Source: Podarcis pityusensis
Lineage: Eukaryota
Assembly: GCA_964106645.2 (NCBI GenBank)
Contig: OZ067041.1
Strand: one strand, 5' to 3'
Length of the DNA stretch: 64,000 nucleotides
A program made the translations under genes and the position numbers. This document shows positions 59,241-64,000 of this stretch, in pieces; the stretch's first letter is position 1; every line of letters starts with the position of its first letter. The notes under the pieces were generated by a model. That model ran no database searches. It was not told where the DNA came from and saw nothing but the letters and a program-made list of their open reading frames with translations.

Positions 59241-62200
59241 ACACAACTGCTCTCCTCTTTGCATGGAATTACTCAGTTTTGGACCACATTCTTTAAAGTT
59301 ACAACCTTCTCAGTTGTATTGAGAGGCACAGGAACATGTAACAAAATTTAAACAGGATTTAGAGCAATGATATTTCTCTGAAAGGAAGTGGGGGAAATGA
59401 GACAATAACCTGCCATCCATGCATAATCTCCCATTGGTGTTTGAAAAAGTACAAAATGGAGATTTCATCCTATATTGTTTGGGAAATTGTTTTATTGTCC
59501 ACATATGCTGTAACGTTTGGAGAGTTGTATTATTGTTTACATACACAGCAGATTTATTTGTGAACAAAGAGGGAGCAGAAAAAGGAGAACCAGATCTACA
59601 AAGACAGGAATCTTTGATGTTGTATCTCATCTGGAAGTAAATTCATACTGCATATTAAAACAAGAAAAAAGATAAATATGTTTCAAATTCAGGAATCAAA
59701 CTTCATTTTAAGTATTATATCGATACACTCCTCTTGAATGCATTTCCAGTCTGCCTAGTAGCAATCTCTTGTTTTCAACAAGAGAGAAATTCTCAGCACA
59801 TGCAAGACGAAAAGCTTGTGTAGAGTGTAGATAATATTCCTTCCACTGAAAAGAAAAGGAGTCCTAAAGCAAAATTTGAAGTGAGTTTAGGAGTTATTTC
59901 TATGGCAGAACATCAGATGAATCTCAAGGGAAGCCATACGTGTTCTGATAAAACCATCAAATTTTCAGAGGGCACTTTTCCACATCCCCAGTTAGAAAGC
60001 CCTGTGTGCATGGGGCTCATGGTTGCATTCAGTACATTGAAGAGAGGAATTCCAAAAGGGTTTGATGTTTGAAATATAAAACAAGCCATTTACATTTTTA
60101 TGAGTAACATGAATGTGTTTGAACAGTGTTACAAACTCTGTAGCTATAAAAGTGAAATCTGATTCAGACAATGTGATACAATCAAGTGATAGATTCCATT
60201 AAAAAGTCCTTCTTCCGAATGGATATCTTTGCTCATTTCTTAACCATTTTTCATCCCCTTTGTTTGTTCTTCCCTGTAAAATGTATGATAGTGCTTCCAA
60301 TTTAACTCTGGAAACAGCTTATTCATGGTCACCTCTATAAAGAAACGTATACCCGTTTCAGCCAATGGCAAACATTTTTTTAACAGAATCATTATGTTCT
60401 GAGTAATGCTTTTTGCCGTTGCTTGGAATGGTTGTATATTTCTTTTCCAGATGTAGTTTATAAAGTTAGGGTAGAAATACTCTGGTATTTTAAGAATATT
60501 GCATGGTGTCACTAAATTATTTTGAAGCAATTTTGCTTGTGCAATGTGCTCTAGAAATTCATTTAAAAATTCAGCACAGTACAAAACAGTAAACTGGATA
60601 TGTGATTTATTTTAGACGTTTGGTTATAATTGAAAGAGTAATTTCAAGTCAACTTTGTGCATGTTTACAGGCCTATTAGCAGAAAAGTTATTGCTAGAAA
60701 AATAATACTGAACAATTTCCAGTAAATATTCTGCCATACTCACATTCTCTCTCTCCCTCCTATAAATCATTTCTCAAGTATATCAAAGGCTAACTTAGAC
60801 CCTACATGTTTTTTTAATAACCCTGTAAAACAAAACAGTTAATAAATAAAGACTTCTCATTGGCAGTAGGAAGTATATGTAAGTAATATCACATTTGCTA
60901 GGTTGTGCCTTAAAGTTTGCAATTTTCATCTGCACCTTGAGAGATTGCCTCTTACCAAGGTAAAATAACAGCACACGCGTAGGACACAGTTGCCTCATTG
61001 TACTCATTAAACATGTTCATTATTTGTGCTATTAGCATTTAGCAGTCAGAATAAAACTGTGTAGGAAATTTACTTTGCCAACACACTTCCATCTCCACTG
61101 CTGCTGGTATCTCTGTCTCTGCCTTTTGGATTTTTGTTACACAAGATTTCTTAAATTTCTCCTGATGGAATAAGCAGTAGAATATTTATTGTACAAAATT
61201 TATTATTGACCTAATTTGCACTTTATAAGCAAATGGCATATCTCAATGGGGGGAAAGACTCCCTCCCACCACCAAATTCAGTTCTTCATTTGTTTTGCTC
61301 ACCATGCCGCATTAGCACAGTTTTCCCCTGTGTCCATCTGCCAGTGTACAATTTAGCCATGGGCATCTGCAGACCTTGCGGTGATCAGTATTGCAGGCAA
61401 AAGCCATATGTGTTTAAATAATAAAAAAGAAACTCTTTATTTCATTTGCTGTTTTAACTGGATGGCTAACTTTTGTGCCTTAAGTCAGAGGGAGAGAAAA
61501 TACAGAAATAATTAATTGCCTCTATTCTTTAGGCAGTTTCATTTTCCTTTTCCAATATGGAATGCTTGTCAGCTTTCCTGATAAATGACTGCATGTATTT
61601 GCATAGATTTTACATTAACAGAAAAATTAGTTTATTTGTGAAAAGTAGTTTACATAATAATGCAAAGTGTAGTATGAATTATGTTTATTAACCTAGGGGA
61701 AGAAACTGTAGAGGCCTGTGCATAATAAAATCTTGTCAAGGGTTTGAGATACACACACACACACACAAAATTCAAGCCCCACAAACCTTTATTTTTATGC
61801 CTCTTTAAAAAAAGAAAAAGTCTTTGAAAGATTTTTAGTCATCTGACTCCAGATTTTCCTAGGGAAAGCCTTTTTTGGAATCTCTTGGGCATTCTCCCCC
61901 CCCCCCCCATTTAAACCCATTTGGAAAAAATGTACGGTAAATTTGATCTGTTTTGAAGTTTATTTCCAAGTTTGAATAGAAGACTGCAAGTCAGTTCATT
62001 GTTTGCAAAGTACACATTAAGAACAATTTTAAGTTTCTAATAACACCACTGATGTGATGTTATCTGTAGCTTTTCTTTAAAAGCTTTCAGTTGCTGCATT
62101 AAATAAATTTGAGTTTCTTGCTTCACAGCTTATTACATGTCCTCTAACATGTGATCATTATTGGGTTCAAACTGCATTTAAAAACCGGAATTTAATAGTT

Positions 62201-63394
62201 TAAAGAAAAATCATGACCAAAGTGTTCTTCATACAAGCCATTTTCTTTTTCCTGGGGAAAGTATTGGTTGTTCGGCTTGGAGCTAGTAGCCTTAAGGCAA
62301 ATAATACTATTTATGCAGCATCAGGGTGTTTTTATGCCATATAAAATGCAGATGTATTCAGGGCTGTTGTTCTCATGCTGTATTGCAAAATATCTTGTTG
62401 CTTATGAAACATGCTACACCTAATGGCAAGTTAAAAGAAGAGAGTGCCTTTGCCACTTCTTGAATCTGGGACACCCTGGGTACCAGCTGTCACAGTTCAG
62501 CTAATGATGACAAATACTCCTCTCTATGCAGATTGCCGAGTTTGCAGGCTGCTGTGAGAGGCAGCCAGATTACCTTTCCTCAGATAGTAATTTAACCTTT
62601 TAAACTCAAGTGTCAGAAGGAAATTATTAGCCGGGTTATTTTCAATAACTATTGCTTTCCCCCCTTTTTAAGCTAATACAGTAATAAATTCACAAATAGT
62701 TCTTGTACCTGTTGTGCTACAAGAACAGCCAATCAACATGATAGTACCTATAAGCAGTAAAGGCACTTTGCCAGCATGAATTCTTAAACTGACCTTGGAT
62801 AGAGACTATCTGTACTATCTGGAAGAAAGCTGGATGGCTATATTTATGCTTCCACCGGTAACAGGCAGCTTCATACCCCCAGTCCCACCACCACCACTTA
62901 TATTCACAGATATAACTAGTGCAATATTTTTAAAATTATATTTTTGTTTTCTTGGATGTTCATACTGTGATTCTGTCTGGGAGCTTCCAGTAGTCTCATC
63001 CAGATTCCATTTATTCCAGGTTCTATGCCTCAATTTAACAAGGTCTTTGATTTTTTTCCTAGTGTTATATGTCTGCATTTTACTCAGGGGACTTGTATGA
63101 AGAAAAAGGTTAGGATTATATTTTCTGTTTTCTGGTGTAATCATTTTGTCAATGTTCATCATAGAAGCTTTCAAATGAGAAAAGTTTGTCAAACTTGTTT
63201 TGCATATTTTGAAGTGAATTTTTAAATAATAGGCATATTTTGCGACAAGATCCCATAATCTTAGAGTGAATTCATTCTCTTGAGTATGGATCTTCATGGA
63301 TTCAAAAGGGCATCCCTGCACAGAAGTCAGGGAAATATCAGGGTTTTATAGAGAAGTTTGAAAGATCTTTAGGGCAGGGTGAGGGCACCTAATA

Positions 63395-63630
63395 GGTAAA
63401 GGGTAAATGGACCCCTGACCATTAGGTCCAGTTGTGACCGACTCTGGGGTTGCGGCGCTCATCTCGCTTTATTGGCCGAGGGAGCCGGCATACAGCTTCC
63501 GGGTCATGAGGCAAGCATGACTAAGCCGCTTCTGGCAAACCAGAGCAGCGCACGGAAACACCGTTTACCTTCCCGCCGGAGCGGTACCTATTTATCTACT
63601 TGCACCTTGACATGCTTTCAAACTGCTAGG
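63395..63630 (-). mobile_element. 5'-truncated Sauria SINE (lacertid type)
   Basis: The + strand reads ggtaaagggtaaatggacccctgaccattaggtccagttgtgaccgactctggggttgcggcgctcatctcg..., the reverse of a Sauria SINE 3' part with a TTTACC-type tail. Perfect 12-bp TSD GGGCACCTAATA at 63383-63394 and 63631-63642. Confidence 0.9.
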
Positions 63631-64000
63631 GGGCACCTAATAAAAACTGAAAAATGGTCCACAGAATGTGCTGACTGATAGCTAAGCAGGAGGCAGAAAG
63701 GCAATTTGTTTGTTACAAGCATGACAACTGTGTACATGTTAACTTTTGTTCACAAGTTACCAAGGCAGTGTACAATAAAATAACTTAAGTCGATCCACTA
63801 AACACATTAAACACCATTAGAGTATAAAATGTTACATCTGACATATCTAAGGAACAATAAAAATGTATCAAAGGTCCTCAATACCAGAGTGAACAGGCAT
63901 ATTTTACTAGCCAATGAAGTATCTATACTGTTGTACCTGTTTGAAATCCAGGTGGAAATCATTCCCTGAGATGGATGCTGTTACAAAGGCAGCCTGTCTC

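Noticed and set aside
62815-63321. 168-aa - strand ORF
   Set aside because: AT-rich intronic sequence with no recognisable homology. It is not the expected next NBEA exon and is on the wrong strand for one.

Overview
Eukaryotic, vertebrate DNA, most likely a squamate and probably a lacertid lizard (Sauria SINE, BovB and squamate MITE families are present). The whole window lies inside the neurobeachin gene (NBEA, + strand). Three coding exons (7964-8088, 23897-24040, 42451-42587) splice in frame and encode the region leading into the PH domain upstream of BEACH. The single-exon developmental gene MAB21L1 (CDS 45101-46180, - strand, 359 aa) is nested antisense in the intron after the third exon, within a cluster of CpG islands spanning about 34-49 kb. 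The rest is AT-rich intron with SINEs, L2/BovB/RTE LINE fragments, hAT and Tc1/pogo MITEs, microsatellites and candidate enhancers. I found no convincing wholly new protein-coding system, and nearly all ORFs in the supplied track are spurious. The best leads are: (1) a tailless 5'-half tRNA-Arg(UCU) retrocopy with a perfect 17-bp target-site duplication; (2) a shared TATA element that may drive both MAB21L1 and a short internal NBEA transcript; (3) a MAB21L1 5' leader with uORFs, a (GGC)7 tract and a stop-free in-frame extension containing a Kozak-context UUG; (4) an Otx/Pitx + Fox motif cluster in an orphan CpG island; (5) inverted L2 tails flanking an NBEA exon. Gene and repeat identities come from recognising sequences from memory, not from database searches.
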